A DNA stretch of 64,000 bases from NCBI GenBank assembly GCA_963737905.1, contig CAVTUQ010000007.1, positions 32,001-96,000 on the forward strand, in the 5' to 3' direction. Each line of letters opens with the position of its first letter. Position 1 is the first letter of the stretch. A program made the position numbers and the translations under genes. Origin of the DNA: an uncultured delta proteobacterium. Its GTDB lineage: Bacteria; Desulfobacterota; Binatia; UBA9968. The notes under the pieces were generated by a model, which did not search any database, was not told the DNA's origin, and saw nothing but the letters and a program-made list of their open reading frames with translations. Positions 10,315 to 22,500 of this stretch are shown here, in pieces.

Positions 10315-10851
10315 ATGGAACAAGACATCGCGAGCATTCGTCAAGCCATTCGAGACATTCCCGATTTTCCCAAGCCCGGCATTATTTTCAAGGATATCAC
10401 GCCGCTGCTGGGCAATGGCCCGCTGTTTAGAACGACCATCGATATTTTTGCCGCCCGCTATCGATCCCAGAAGATTGATACGGTTCTGGGCATCGAGTCG
10501 CGCGGTTTTATTATCGGCTCCGCGCTGGCCTATGCACTCGGCGCCGGATTCTCCCTCGTGCGCAAGCCGGGAAAACTACCCTACGAAACGCACAAAGCGA
10601 GCTACGCGCTCGAATATGGCACCGATACCCTCGAGATCCATAGCGATGGATTGCCGAATCATGCGCGTGTGGTTATTGCCGATGATTTGATCGCCACCGG
10701 GGGCACAGCGGCGGCCACGGCCGAATTGGTTTCCGAGCTCGGTGGGACGGTAGTCGAATGTGCCTTTGTGATCGAGCTGGCCTTTCTGAAGGGCAGAGAA
10801 AAGCTTAAACCTTATGGAGTCTTTTCACTGCTCCGCTACGGCGCTGAGTAA
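10315..10851 (+). CDS. apt: Adenine phosphoribosyltransferase
   Basis: PDFPKPGIIFKDIT, ESRGF, RKPGKLP, DDLIATGGT. Confidence 0.96.
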   Translation: MEQDIASIRQAIRDIPDFPKPGIIFKDITPLLGNGPLFRTTIDIFAARYRSQKIDTVLGIESRGFIIGSALAYALGAGFSLVRKPGKLPYETHKASYALEYGTDTLEIHSDGLPNHARVVIADDLIATGGTAAATAELVSELGGTVVECAFVIELAFLKGREKLKPYGVFSLLRYGAE

Positions 10852-10888
10852 TCGCCGAAAAAGATAGCTCTAACGCGAAGTTACTTCC

Positions 10889-10916
10889 TTGACATCCCCT
10901 GGTAATGGTCTATAAG
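10889..10916 (+). promoter_or_regulatory. Putative sigma70 promoter of nuoI-thiC
   Basis: ttgaca-N16-tataag about 65 bp upstream of the ATG at 10981. Confidence 0.5.
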
Positions 10917-10980
10917 TTAGATAGATTTTAGGTTGCATCCATTCCGCGCGTTGCGCTGCTCGCGGCGCAGTCTCGGACTA

Positions 10981-11550
10981 ATGAAACGAATCGAAGAAAT
11001 GTCGCTTTGGGAGCGGCTCTACTTTCCCGAAGTGATCCGCGGCCTCACGATTACCGGATACCGCTTCTGGCGCAATCTCTTCGTGCACACGCTCCACAAG
11101 CTCGGCCTGGCCCGCAAAGTTCAAGCGGCGATTACCGTCCAGTATCCCGATGAAAGAGCGCCCTATCCTGATACCTTCCGGGGTCGACATCGGTTGACCT
11201 TGAAAGACGATGGCGCGGTTCAATGCACCGCCTGTTTTTTATGCGCGACTGCCTGCCCCGCCGAGTGTATTTATATTCAGGCGGGTGAGTATCCGGACAA
11301 TGCTGTTGAAAAATACCCGATACGCTACGAAATCGATACATTACGATGTATATACTGTGGTTTTTGTGTGGAAGCTTGTCCCTGCGATGCCATTCGCATG
11401 GATTCGGGAACCCATCCAGGCAATCTTGGTTTTAGCCGTAAGGATTTTGTTGAGAATAAAGAAGTACTGATGCAACGATCGCGTGAATTAGCAGAAAAGG
11501 GAAAAGAAGGGCTCTACGAAGAATACGTCAAACCTTACCGTCATGTTTAA
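10981..11550 (+). CDS. nuoI: NADH-quinone oxidoreductase subunit I (2x 4Fe-4S)
   Basis: TVQYPDE, FRGRH, CTACFLCATACP and CIYCGFCVEACP. Confidence 0.88.
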   Translation: MKRIEEMSLWERLYFPEVIRGLTITGYRFWRNLFVHTLHKLGLARKVQAAITVQYPDERAPYPDTFRGRHRLTLKDDGAVQCTACFLCATACPAECIYIQAGEYPDNAVEKYPIRYEIDTLRCIYCGFCVEACPCDAIRMDSGTHPGNLGFSRKDFVENKEVLMQRSRELAEKGKEGLYEEYVKPYRHV

Positions 11551-11594
11551 CGGCTTTCAGCCTCCTGAAAGTCCGCATCCAAGGGGGGATCAAA

Positions 11595-13527
<1,933 letters not shown>

Positions 13528-13556
13528 TAGCGGAACGGTTTAAGGTTCAAAGCAGC

Positions 13557-13599
13557 AACGGCCTTGCTTCGTAGAATCGAAGTAAGGCCGTTTTGTTTT
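13557..13599 (+). terminator. Intrinsic terminator after thiC
   Basis: aacggccttgcttcg/cgaagtaaggccgtt stem followed by T-rich run. Confidence 0.75.
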
Positions 13600-13694
13600 C
13601 CCCTATTTTACCCCTTCAAGCCGGACCTCTGCGGCCCATAGCTCCTTGAGACCTATCCATTCGGCGACAGATATTGTCGAGGTTTTGCTTCGGG

Positions 13695-14726
13695 TTACCC
13701 GCGTGGAAGAGCCACAATGGCAGGGTTGGGTATGCCAAACCCGCAGCGTGATAGCAGGTAGCGATCAAATTCCTGGTCCGTGGAAAACTTGAAGCGAACT
13801 GCGCCATTTTGATGCCACAGCTCTTTCGACGGAACCTCGCATTGGTTGCAAGCAGTCCCTTTTTCGCAATCGGAAGCCGGCGTTCCGGTGGTGATCGTCG
13901 CCGTGTTGCTGATTCTCGGGTCGCGGCCCCGCGAATTGGCGCGAACCACCACGCCTTTGCCGATGTAATGGACCCCAGGGAACTTCCGCGCAGCTCGATC
14001 GGGATTGAGGTCCACTGCGGTTTCGGAAAATACGCCGCCGAGGATCTCACGGGTTCTGGCGTCAAATTCAACTCGTTCGCCGGTTGGGAGCGTGACAATG
14101 TAACGCGCTTCCGAACCAGAAATCGCCGGCAGATAATTTCTTGGAAAAAAATGCAGGACACTGTTCATGATCTCGCTGAGTCTAAACTGTTTGTCTCGGG
14201 ACGGCGCCCAATCCGAGATAAAGAGCTGAATGTCCTGCCTGGCCCGATCGTCAAACCGAAACTGGAAATCTCTGGTGAAAAGCAAGTTCTTTCCGATGTC
14301 GTAGTGGGGAGGAAGTATCCGGTTGCCGCCGCGGTTGGAAAATTCAAAGCCAACGACTTGGCTTTGCCGATCTTTTCGGTATTGCCATCCGGCGTGGACA
14401 GGCGCGTGGGACGCTCTTTCCAGCAGCACCGTATCGTAGGCAATTTTTAGCGAAGCCAATTCTTTCCCCGGCGCGCCGACGATGGATTCGGGTAAGCGTT
14501 CGATCGGCTTCGGATCGATTGAAACCTTTGGGGGTTTATTGGATTCCCGATCAATTTTATTTGATTCCGACCTGGTTTGTGCATCACTCTTTGTGGTGGA
14601 CTCGGCTTTTGCGGCTTCAGAAGCACCTTGCGGTGTCGGAGCGACCTGACTTGTCCTGCAGCTCTGTTGAAAAGACACTAATATTAGGAACAAAAATGTA
14701 TAGTGTTGTGCCAGTCGGGCAACCAT
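13695..14726 (-). CDS. Hypothetical protein, probable lipoprotein
   Basis: Long ORF, hydrophobic leader ending in SC, low-complexity linker, Cys cluster near C-terminus; sigma54 motif upstream. Confidence 0.7.
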   Translation of the reverse strand: MVARLAQHYTFLFLILVSFQQSCRTSQVAPTPQGASEAAKAESTTKSDAQTRSESNKIDRESNKPPKVSIDPKPIERLPESIVGAPGKELASLKIAYDTVLLERASHAPVHAGWQYRKDRQSQVVGFEFSNRGGNRILPPHYDIGKNLLFTRDFQFRFDDRARQDIQLFISDWAPSRDKQFRLSEIMNSVLHFFPRNYLPAISGSEARYIVTLPTGERVEFDARTREILGGVFSETAVDLNPDRAARKFPGVHYIGKGVVVRANSRGRDPRISNTATITTGTPASDCEKGTACNQCEVPSKELWHQNGAVRFKFSTDQEFDRYLLSRCGFGIPNPAIVALPRG

Positions 14727-14823
14727 TTTGTGCTTCTCCGACAACAGCCGGTCGGTCACCGGTTTGAAATCGCTATATTGCCGGCGGTCCCTATCTCGGT
14801 TTTACCGGCCGCAATCATTAAAG

Positions 14824-14838
14824 GCAACGTCTATGCCA
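14824..14838 (-). promoter_or_regulatory. Sigma54 -24/-12 promoter
   Basis: Minus strand TGGCAT-agacg-TTGC. Confidence 0.6.
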
Positions 14839-14976
14839 AGGCCGCCGCGGATAGATTCTTGGGGGTCGGAAAAACCAAGCTAATGAATTTTATTGACGAA
14901 CTTGTCCGGACTTTCAAGGTCAGGGGCATTCGGCAGGCTGTTTGAGTCCATGCTATTTGGATACTGGTTGCACGCT

Positions 14977-15441
14977 TTAGCCGGATCTAGCAGCAGCACG
15001 TTGCAATATTTCTTCTGACGTCAGGTCTTCCTGGTGGGTAGCGATTGTCCAAATGTGTCCGAATGGATCCTCTAGAGTTCCGGTCCGATCGCCATAAAAC
15101 TGATCGCTCATGGGTTTGACGATTTTGGCGCCCTTTGCGAGGGCTCGGTTAAATATTCCATCACAATCTTCCACGTAGAGAAGAATACTTACCGGTGAAC
15201 CGCCGAAGGATTGGGGGCCGCGGGAGCCCATTTCGGGGTACTCGTCGGCTAACATGATTCGCGAGTCACCGATTTTGATTTCGGCGTGTCCGACCTTGCC
15301 GCTGGGTTCGGACAAACATATCAATACCTTCGCCTTAAAAGCTTGTTTATAGTAATCAATTGCGCTCGCGGCATCTTTGACAGTCAAGTAAGGTGTCACC
15401 GTGCGATAGCCTCGCGGAACGGATTTCGCCTTCTTCAGCAT
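14977..15441 (-). CDS. VOC/glyoxalase family protein (PhnB-like)
   Basis: VTPYLTV, HAEIKIGDS, QFYGDRTG..EDPFGHIW. Confidence 0.9.
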   Translation of the reverse strand: MLKKAKSVPRGYRTVTPYLTVKDAASAIDYYKQAFKAKVLICLSEPSGKVGHAEIKIGDSRIMLADEYPEMGSRGPQSFGGSPVSILLYVEDCDGIFNRALAKGAKIVKPMSDQFYGDRTGTLEDPFGHIWTIATHQEDLTSEEILQRAAARSG

Positions 15442-15511
15442 AAGTCTACTCCTTCTGGAACAGCGTTGGGATTTTTTAGTTACAGCCCTGAGAGTTAAAC
15501 GAACTCTTTTT

Positions 15512-15527
15512 CGCAATACATATGCCA
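15512..15527 (-). promoter_or_regulatory. Sigma54 -24/-12 promoter
   Basis: Minus strand TGGCAT-atgta-TTGCG, about 70 bp upstream of the VOC gene. Confidence 0.6.
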
Positions 15528-15686
15528 CTATGGTCTCTCTCAATTATCGTATTTGCTATTGCGATTTTGGAATGGTTTCGGGAATGTTTTTGTATGAATT
15601 CTCCTGCAGATTTGAAGAAAAAGGCTTAAAAACTTAAATTACTTCACTGGGTGTTAATTGGTCTTGAAAAAATCCGCAAAGGAGCC

Positions 15687-15959
15687 ATGATGGATTTTGT
15701 GGAAACCGTGAAAATGGATGACCCGCGCTTGGACGAAAGTTTTTCTTTTCTCTTTGTATTTAGAAAGGGCGACGTAGTTGTCAATCGAGAGAATCGAACT
15801 CTTCGGGGTCGGATAAATGACGGTGTCTATCTCGGAGAATTTCCGAGCCATGCGGCGGGAGCCCTCAACCCGAAGGGAAAGACGGTTTACGAGGTCAAGC
15901 TTCCGAACAACGTACTGCAGATCTTCGACGAAAAAGAGATCGAGAAAGTTTCGGAGTAA
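15687..15959 (+). CDS. Small hypothetical protein
   Basis: RBS aaggag, 90 aa, beta-rich pattern. Confidence 0.6.
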   Translation: MMDFVETVKMDDPRLDESFSFLFVFRKGDVVVNRENRTLRGRINDGVYLGEFPSHAAGALNPKGKTVYEVKLPNNVLQIFDEKEIEKVSE

Positions 15960-16195
15960 AGTGTCCTGAAGCTGCCGCTCGGTTTTTGCCGCTGATTTTT
16001 TTAAGTAGGCCTATTCTCCGGTTCCTCTGACAGCCTTCGTCGCCTACATGCATTCGACAGTTCAATTGTGCGCCTTGCGCTATACACGTGGGTGTGAGTT
16101 TTAGGCGCAAATTCTGTAGGAAAACTCCGTCCGAGAATCGCCGCGAAACCTCTTGGGCTGCCCAAAAGCTTTGAATCCAATACAGAAACGGGAAA

Positions 16196-16211
16196 TGGCA
16201 TAGGCCTTGCG
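16196..16211 (+). promoter_or_regulatory. Sigma54 -24/-12 promoter
   Basis: TGGCAT-aggcc-TTGCG, 60 bp upstream of the ATG at 16271. Confidence 0.6.
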
Positions 16212-16270
16212 GATTTAGCTGCGCAGATCTCAACGAATTTTATTTGTTGCTTGTGAAGGGAGGTGAAGTT

Positions 16271-16387
16271 ATGGCAGACCAACCCAACCAGTTCAAGTGT
16301 CATACTTGTGGTCGATCGTTTAGTTCGGAGGATCAACTTCGCGAACATGAGAAAAACTGTTCAGGTCCCCGTCCGCACGGTGGTTAA
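16271..16387 (+). CDS. 38-aa C2H2/C2HC-type zinc-finger microprotein (not in ORF track)
   Basis: MADQPNQFKCHTCGRSFSSEDQLREHEKNCSGPRPHGG*; strong RBS gggaggtg. Confidence 0.75.
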   Translation: MADQPNQFKCHTCGRSFSSEDQLREHEKNCSGPRPHGG

Positions 16388-16443
16388 TACTTTTGACCGT
16401 TCTGGATATTCCGCAGTCATATCACCCGAGGAGATTTGTTTGC

Positions 16444-16842
16444 ATGACAGGGATTCGGCATGTGGTTTGGTCATATCACGTTGTCCTGCTGGCCTTTGTT
16501 CTTTTGGCCCTGGGGTGTGAGAGTACAGCGCTACGGCCACAGCGGGACGCTGAGAGAACGGGAATCGAGGGGACCCCCGATGACAGTGGAACTCCAAAGG
16601 AAGAAATTATCGGTACAGTCGAGCGAGTAGACAGAACCAACAATGAAATTCAGCTTCGGACGACTGAAGCCAAAGTCATCGTCATCAAATATGACCGATC
16701 TACTCGCGTCTACAGCCGAGAGCACGAAGTTGGGATCGAAGGGTTACGTCCACGCGATCTGATTCTAGTTCGCGTAGCGAAAAGTCCTCGGGGTGAACAA
16801 TACGCGGATCTGATCCGGTTGAACGACAGAAAGGAGCAATAA
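16444..16842 (+). CDS. Hypothetical lipoprotein (OB-fold/DUF5666-like pattern)
   Basis: Lipobox LALGC; GTVERVD...LRPRDLILV pattern. Confidence 0.7.
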   Translation: MTGIRHVVWSYHVVLLAFVLLALGCESTALRPQRDAERTGIEGTPDDSGTPKEEIIGTVERVDRTNNEIQLRTTEAKVIVIKYDRSTRVYSREHEVGIEGLRPRDLILVRVAKSPRGEQYADLIRLNDRKEQ

Positions 16843-16845
16843 TTT

Positions 16846-17604
16846 GTGAAAACAATTGTCGGTATCTTTAAATCTCGGCAGGAAGCGACTAAGGCTGCGC
16901 ATTTTTTGAGAGCGGCGGGCTTCGAAGGAAGCAATGTTATCGTTTTAACGCCGGGCGCGTCTGATCCCGAGGTCGAGGCAGCAGTGCCAATGGAGGACGC
17001 AGAACAGCCGGGAATGGGAAAGGCGATAGGCAGCGTTGTCGGAGGAGCGGTCGGTCTCGGTGCGGGAGCCTTGATCGCTAACCTTCTTTTGCCCGGGATC
17101 GGTCCGATCTTGGCGGTGACATTCGGGGCTGCGGCCGGACTGGGTGGCGCCGCCGCCGGAGCGGCGGCAGGCGGCGCGCTGGAGAATCTTCTCTCCATCG
17201 GCGTGCCGAAAGACGAGATCTTCTTTTATGAAGATGCGCTCCGACAGCGGCGGTCCGTTGTCGTCGGCCTGTCCGAGCGCGACGATCAGATCGAGGCAGG
17301 ACGCGATGCATTAAAGAAGGCCGGAGCGGAGACTCTGGATGCCGCGCGGGAAAAGTGGTGGATCGGGCTTAGAGATGCAGAATCAGCTTTCTATTCCAAA
17401 TCGGGGGATTCTGCCGAGGAGGAAGGTAATTTTCGCTGCGGTTTTTCGGCAGCTTTAGAGCCGAAAAACCGTGGTCGATCGTTTGACGCGGCGATGGAGG
17501 ACCTGAAGTCGGAATATCCGGATGCTTACCCAACAGAGAGTTTCCGCCGGGGTTTCGAGCGAGGTCAACATTATCACAAGGAACTGTCCGAACGAGGAAA
17601 TTGA
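16846..17604 (+). CDS. General stress protein with glycine-zipper membrane segment
   Basis: VGIF...EA N-terminus, Gly/Ala-rich helices, LPGIGP, GVPKDE..FYE motif. Confidence 0.75.
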   Translation: MKTIVGIFKSRQEATKAAHFLRAAGFEGSNVIVLTPGASDPEVEAAVPMEDAEQPGMGKAIGSVVGGAVGLGAGALIANLLLPGIGPILAVTFGAAAGLGGAAAGAAAGGALENLLSIGVPKDEIFFYEDALRQRRSVVVGLSERDDQIEAGRDALKKAGAETLDAAREKWWIGLRDAESAFYSKSGDSAEEEGNFRCGFSAALEPKNRGRSFDAAMEDLKSEYPDAYPTESFRRGFERGQHYHKELSERGN

Positions 17605-17696
17605 GGAAATTGACCGCGGGGTCAATGGAATATTTCACAGCCCTCCAGAGATTTGTTCTCACTGGCTCTTGAAGACGTGTCGATTGCGCCCTAGAT

Positions 17697-19566
17697 TTGG
17701 ATCTGCCTTCCGCATCGGAGATCCCGGCACGCGTGATCACAGCTTTAGCACGAAAACGTAGCAGGTTTGTAGTATGTTTAGTCGCTGGTTGGGTGCTTTT
17801 CGCCCGGCCCGTCTTGGGAATTCAGGTCGAAGAACTGGATCCTGCCCGACAATGGCGGGTAGAGAAAATCGAGATTTCTGGAAATACGAAGTTCTCCGAT
17901 AGCGAAATCCTAAAGGAACTGCTCACTCAAGTTCGCCCCTGGTATCTATTTTGGGAGGCGGAAAATGCTTTTGATCCCATCACTTTTCGCGAGGACCTGG
18001 AACGCATCAGGCGCTTTTACGAAGCCAGAGGATATTACCAAACTCGTGTCACCTACGACCTAGCGGTGGACCCGCAAGCGGGAGCACTTCAAGTAAACAT
18101 CCAGATCGTCGAAGGCCCGCCGGTGATCGTATCTGAAGTTAACGTGGAGGTTTCCGGTAGTGGGCTGGCGCCGCCAGAGCATCCCATCAAACAAGGCGAG
18201 ATTTTCGTCGAAGATTCCTACCGCAAAGGGGAGGAAACGCTGCGGAATTTTTTCTTGGAGCGCGGCTATGCTCACGTGACGACGGAAAGACGCGCAGAGG
18301 TAAACCTCGATCACGATCAGGCCAGTGTTTGGTATCAAGCCGACCCCGGACCGCTAAGTGTCTTCGGAGAAACAACTGTTCAAGGAACGAAGGAAGTGGA
18401 TCCTGAAATCGTTCTGCGGGAGCTGGCGTATCGACCGGGGGAAATCTTTTCACCGGCAAAAATTGCCGAATCTCAGGCAAAGATCTTGGCTCTGGATCTG
18501 TTCGGCTTGGTGCGGATTGCGCCCAAGGAGGTCCCGGGCAAACCGAGCATCGTTCCCATTGGGATCGAGGTTTCAGAAAAAGAAGCGCGCGAAATTAGGG
18601 TCGGAGTCGGATACGGCACCGAGGACCAATTTCGCGCTCAGTTACGCTGGCAGCACAACAACTGGCTCGGCGGCGGGAGACGTTTATCCATCGAAGCCAA
18701 ATATTCTTCCATCTTTACCACGGGGGCGATCACATTTGTCCAGCCACACTTCTTTTCCCCGCGTACCCGAGGGATAGTCAGTCTGCGGCAAGAACGGGAT
18801 GATGAGGATACCTATCTGCTCAACGCGTCGCGGTTTAATCCTCGGCTCGAGCACGGATTCACACCGCAGCTGGTGGGGTTTATCGCGTATCGCCTGGAGT
18901 ACGACCGCCTGGAGAGAATCAGTCAGGCGACGATAGACGCGCTGGGGCCTGTGCGGGAGCGGGGGGTGATGTCAGGGCCGACCCTCGGCTTGGTGTGGAA
19001 CACCTCGGATGGGCCACTCAATCCAACCAGGGGAGAGGTCGCGACCTTTACCTTCGACCAGGCCGGAAAAATTTGGGGTGGGCAATACAGCTTTTACAAG
19101 GTTACGGCGGAAGCGAAGAAGTATCTGTTACTCGGCTGGGAGACCATACTGGCGGGCCGGCTGAAGATTGGTTTCGCTGAACCTTTGGGTCCCGGAAGAA
19201 AATCTGCCGATTTTCGAGCGCTTTTACGCGGGCGGAGAAAAGAGCGTGCGGGGATACGCCCGCAGAAAGCTTGGCCCATTAAATGCCAACGGCGATCCCA
19301 TTGGAGGTCTAAGTTTGATTGAAGGGTCCTTGGAGCTGCGGCGTCCTATTTGGGGCCCGCTGGGTGGAGCGCTATTCATCGATTTCGGTCAGGTGTCGAT
19401 CCGGTCGTTCGATCTGCCGGTGAACGATCTTAAGTTTGGTTCCGGATTCGGTCTCAACTATCAGACTCCCGTAGGACCGCTTTCTTTGTACCTGGGATTT
19501 CCCTGGCGGCCGCCGCGCGGCGAAGCAAGTTGGCAAATTTATTTCAGTGTGGGAGCATACTTCTAG
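17697..19566 (+). CDS. tamA: TamA/BamA-family outer membrane protein (frameshift near 19180; start uncertain)
   Basis: POTRA repeats; ERFYAGG..SVRGY and terminal Phe in ORF 19168..19566; precedes tamB. Confidence 0.85.
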
Positions 19567-19569
19567 CTC

Positions 19570-22500
19570 ATGGAAAAATTTTGGCGGCTTTGCCGCTGGC
19601 TCAGATTGGCGTTGTTGGTCTTGCTCGTGCTGGGAGTCGCTGGGTTAGCGTTTTATACGCATACCGATGGCTTTCGCGAGTTCGTGCGGAGGAGATTGGT
19701 AACGGCGATCAATGACTCAATACGAGGGAAGATCATCGTGGCGAGATTGGACGGGTCGGTTTGGGGTAGCCTGACCTTGGTTGATGTGCGTCTGGTTGAC
19801 AGTGAAGGCGAGATCGCTCGGATTCCGCGTCTCAAAGGCAACTATGCTTTGCTTCCACTCATTTGGGGTCGGATTCAAATTCTCCGTTTGGAGGCTGCTC
19901 AACCGCTTGTGTGGTTGAAAGAAGGACGAGACGGAGTTTGGAATATTGTTGAAGCATTGTCACCGGCTGAACCGCAATCCGAAACATCCAGCCTAGTCGT
20001 TTCCATCAGTTCTCTCGAATTACAGAAGGCTGATGTCGATATCAGTTTTTCTGGCAACTCCTATCGTTTGACGGGCTTGGATCTGCAAGGCACCGCCGGA
20101 ATACGCTCGGACCTGACCACTGTCGACTTGCGGCAGGTTTCCTCTCGTGTGCTGACAAAGAACATGCCCGAGGCGCGTGTGAAGGGCGGCCTCACTTATG
20201 AGGATAGTCGGGGGCTGGAGAGTCTAACGTTCAGCGATTTCATCATCGAGAGCGGCAGCTCCGGTCTCAGATTAACCGGAAAAATTGACGATCTGAAAAC
20301 GCTTGAGACGACGGCCAAAGTGTCGATCGATAAGCTGGCTCCGGCGGATATCGCGCATTTTGTTCCGCAGTGGCCGGTCAAAGCCAATGTCTCGGGAATG
20401 GCTAATCTCAGCGGACCGCTCACTGCTCTAAAAGGCGATTTTTCTCTGGCCGTGGCGGATGGTTCTTTATCGGGTAACTTTCAGACGGATGTGTCCCGGG
20501 ATTCGCCGATATACCAAGGCAGCATAAAAATCGCCCAACTTAACTTGGCCAAATTGCTCGAACGAAAAGAGTTTCGAGGGATTGTAAGTGGGCTCGTTGA
20601 AATCAACGGGAACGGATTCGCCCTGGCTAATATTTCCGGGCAAGGCCAGGCCACAGTTCGATCGACCGCGGTTGCTGCTTGGGATCTAGGTGACGTTTCT
20701 CTCAAAGCCAGTCTTGCCGGCAGCGAAGCCAAAGTGAGCGGGGAACTCAAGAGCGAGCTTGGGCATGCCGATTGGCAAGGGCAGATCGCTCTCAGAGATA
20801 TTCCTCAATACGAACTTAGTTTTTCTGCGAGCCAGCTCGATATTCAAAAACTTTCATCGGACCGGACGATCAAAGGCAATTTGAATTTGGCGGGCTTCGT
20901 CAGAGGCTCCGGATTGACGGTTGCGACGATGAACACGCTGGCCAAAATTGACTTGCAACGATCCACGGTGGGAGGGGTGGAACTGGAGCAGGGCGCCTTG
21001 GTCGCAACCATAGCGGACCAACGGATTCGTGTGGCGCAGGGAACGCTCCGAGCTACGGATGCGATGCTGTCTGTCAAAGGCGATCTCGGTACGGATCTCA
21101 AGCAACAAGGGCAGCTCGACTATCAGCTCCGCGTGAAAGCTCTATCTCCTTGGCTTGCGCTCGTGGATCGGCAGGGTTCGGGATCGGTTAATCTAATCGG
21201 TGGAGCGAAAGGCAATCTCAGCGATCTGAAGACCCAGGGCAAAATAGCTTTGAGCGGGATAGACTTCGAAGGGACTGCCGTCCAGGGCGGTTCCATCGAC
21301 TACGATTTGGGGTATTCGAGCGCGCGGACCTTTCCCTACGGGACTCTCAACATCAGTTTGTCCGATATTCGGAGAGGGTATCGACTGCAAAGCCTGGAAG
21401 GCGTGGTTAAAATTCTTGCGCAAACTCCGCCCAGCTTTGATTTCGATGTGAAGGTGCGGGATGCGCAAAGCCGCACCCACACGTTAGCCGCCCGCTTGGA
21501 CTATCAGCCGGCGCATATTGTCGCCCGGGTAGCGCGATTGACGCTGGATTTGCCGGATGGGACGTGGAGACTCTCCCCGCCGGTCACGGTGGAGCAGCGG
21601 GACCAGGACTTTTTGGTGGATCGTTTGTTGATGCGCAATAACGGCCGTGAGCTTTTTTTGGATGGGCAATTTTCCTTGACCGGCAACCAGGCGCTCAGAT
21701 TGAACGTTGAAAAATTACCCCTCGAAGGAATGCGTGTTTTTTTTCCTGAAGCTCCGGATGTTACCGGAATTCTTTCAGCACAGGTCCAACTTGGGGGCAG
21801 CGCGGCTGCGCCTCAGGTGGTGGCGGCATTAAGATTGGAAAATTCCAAGATCGCCGGCCAGAGTTACGGCGGTTTGGTTGCGTCGGGAAGTTACCGGGAT
21901 CAAAGGGCCGACGTGAAGGCTACCGTGCAGCAGGATCAAGGCCATACGCTGAACGCAACCGCAACTCTGCCGATGAAACTGAGCTGGGACAATGGCTGGC
22001 GCGCCGAGGCTGGCGGTAACATCGACTCTCGCATCCAGTCGTCGGGTTTGAGCCTGGCTTTTCTCAATGCGCTCAGCGGCAAAGCCATCCAGGGGATCGG
22101 TGGCGAAGTCGAGGTGGATCTACAAGTCCGCGGTTCACTGGACCAACCCGTGCCTAGCGGATTCGTACGCCTGCGAGATGGCAAGCTCACACCCACTGCT
22201 CTCGGCGTCCAAATCTCTTCCGTCACGGCGGAAGGGCGGATCGAGCCCCGCGGATTGAGAGTTAGCCAAATATCGGCCCGCGCTAATAAAGGCGAGCTTA
22301 ACGGCCAGGGTTTCATCGCGCTGCAAAAATTCGTGCCGCAGGGGATTGACCTTTCCATTGCTGCGAAGCAATGGCCGGCTATAAACACGCAACAATATCA
22401 GATCGAAGTCGACGGTGCCGCTAAAATCGACGGCACCTTGGCGGCTCCGCGGATCACCGGCAAGTTCGAAGTTCCAAGAGGTGAGCTGCGTCCCGATCTG

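Noticed and set aside
13809-14450. 213-aa plus-strand ORF as the real gene here
   Set aside because: The opposite-strand ORF is longer and has a lipoprotein-like leader and an upstream sigma54 motif
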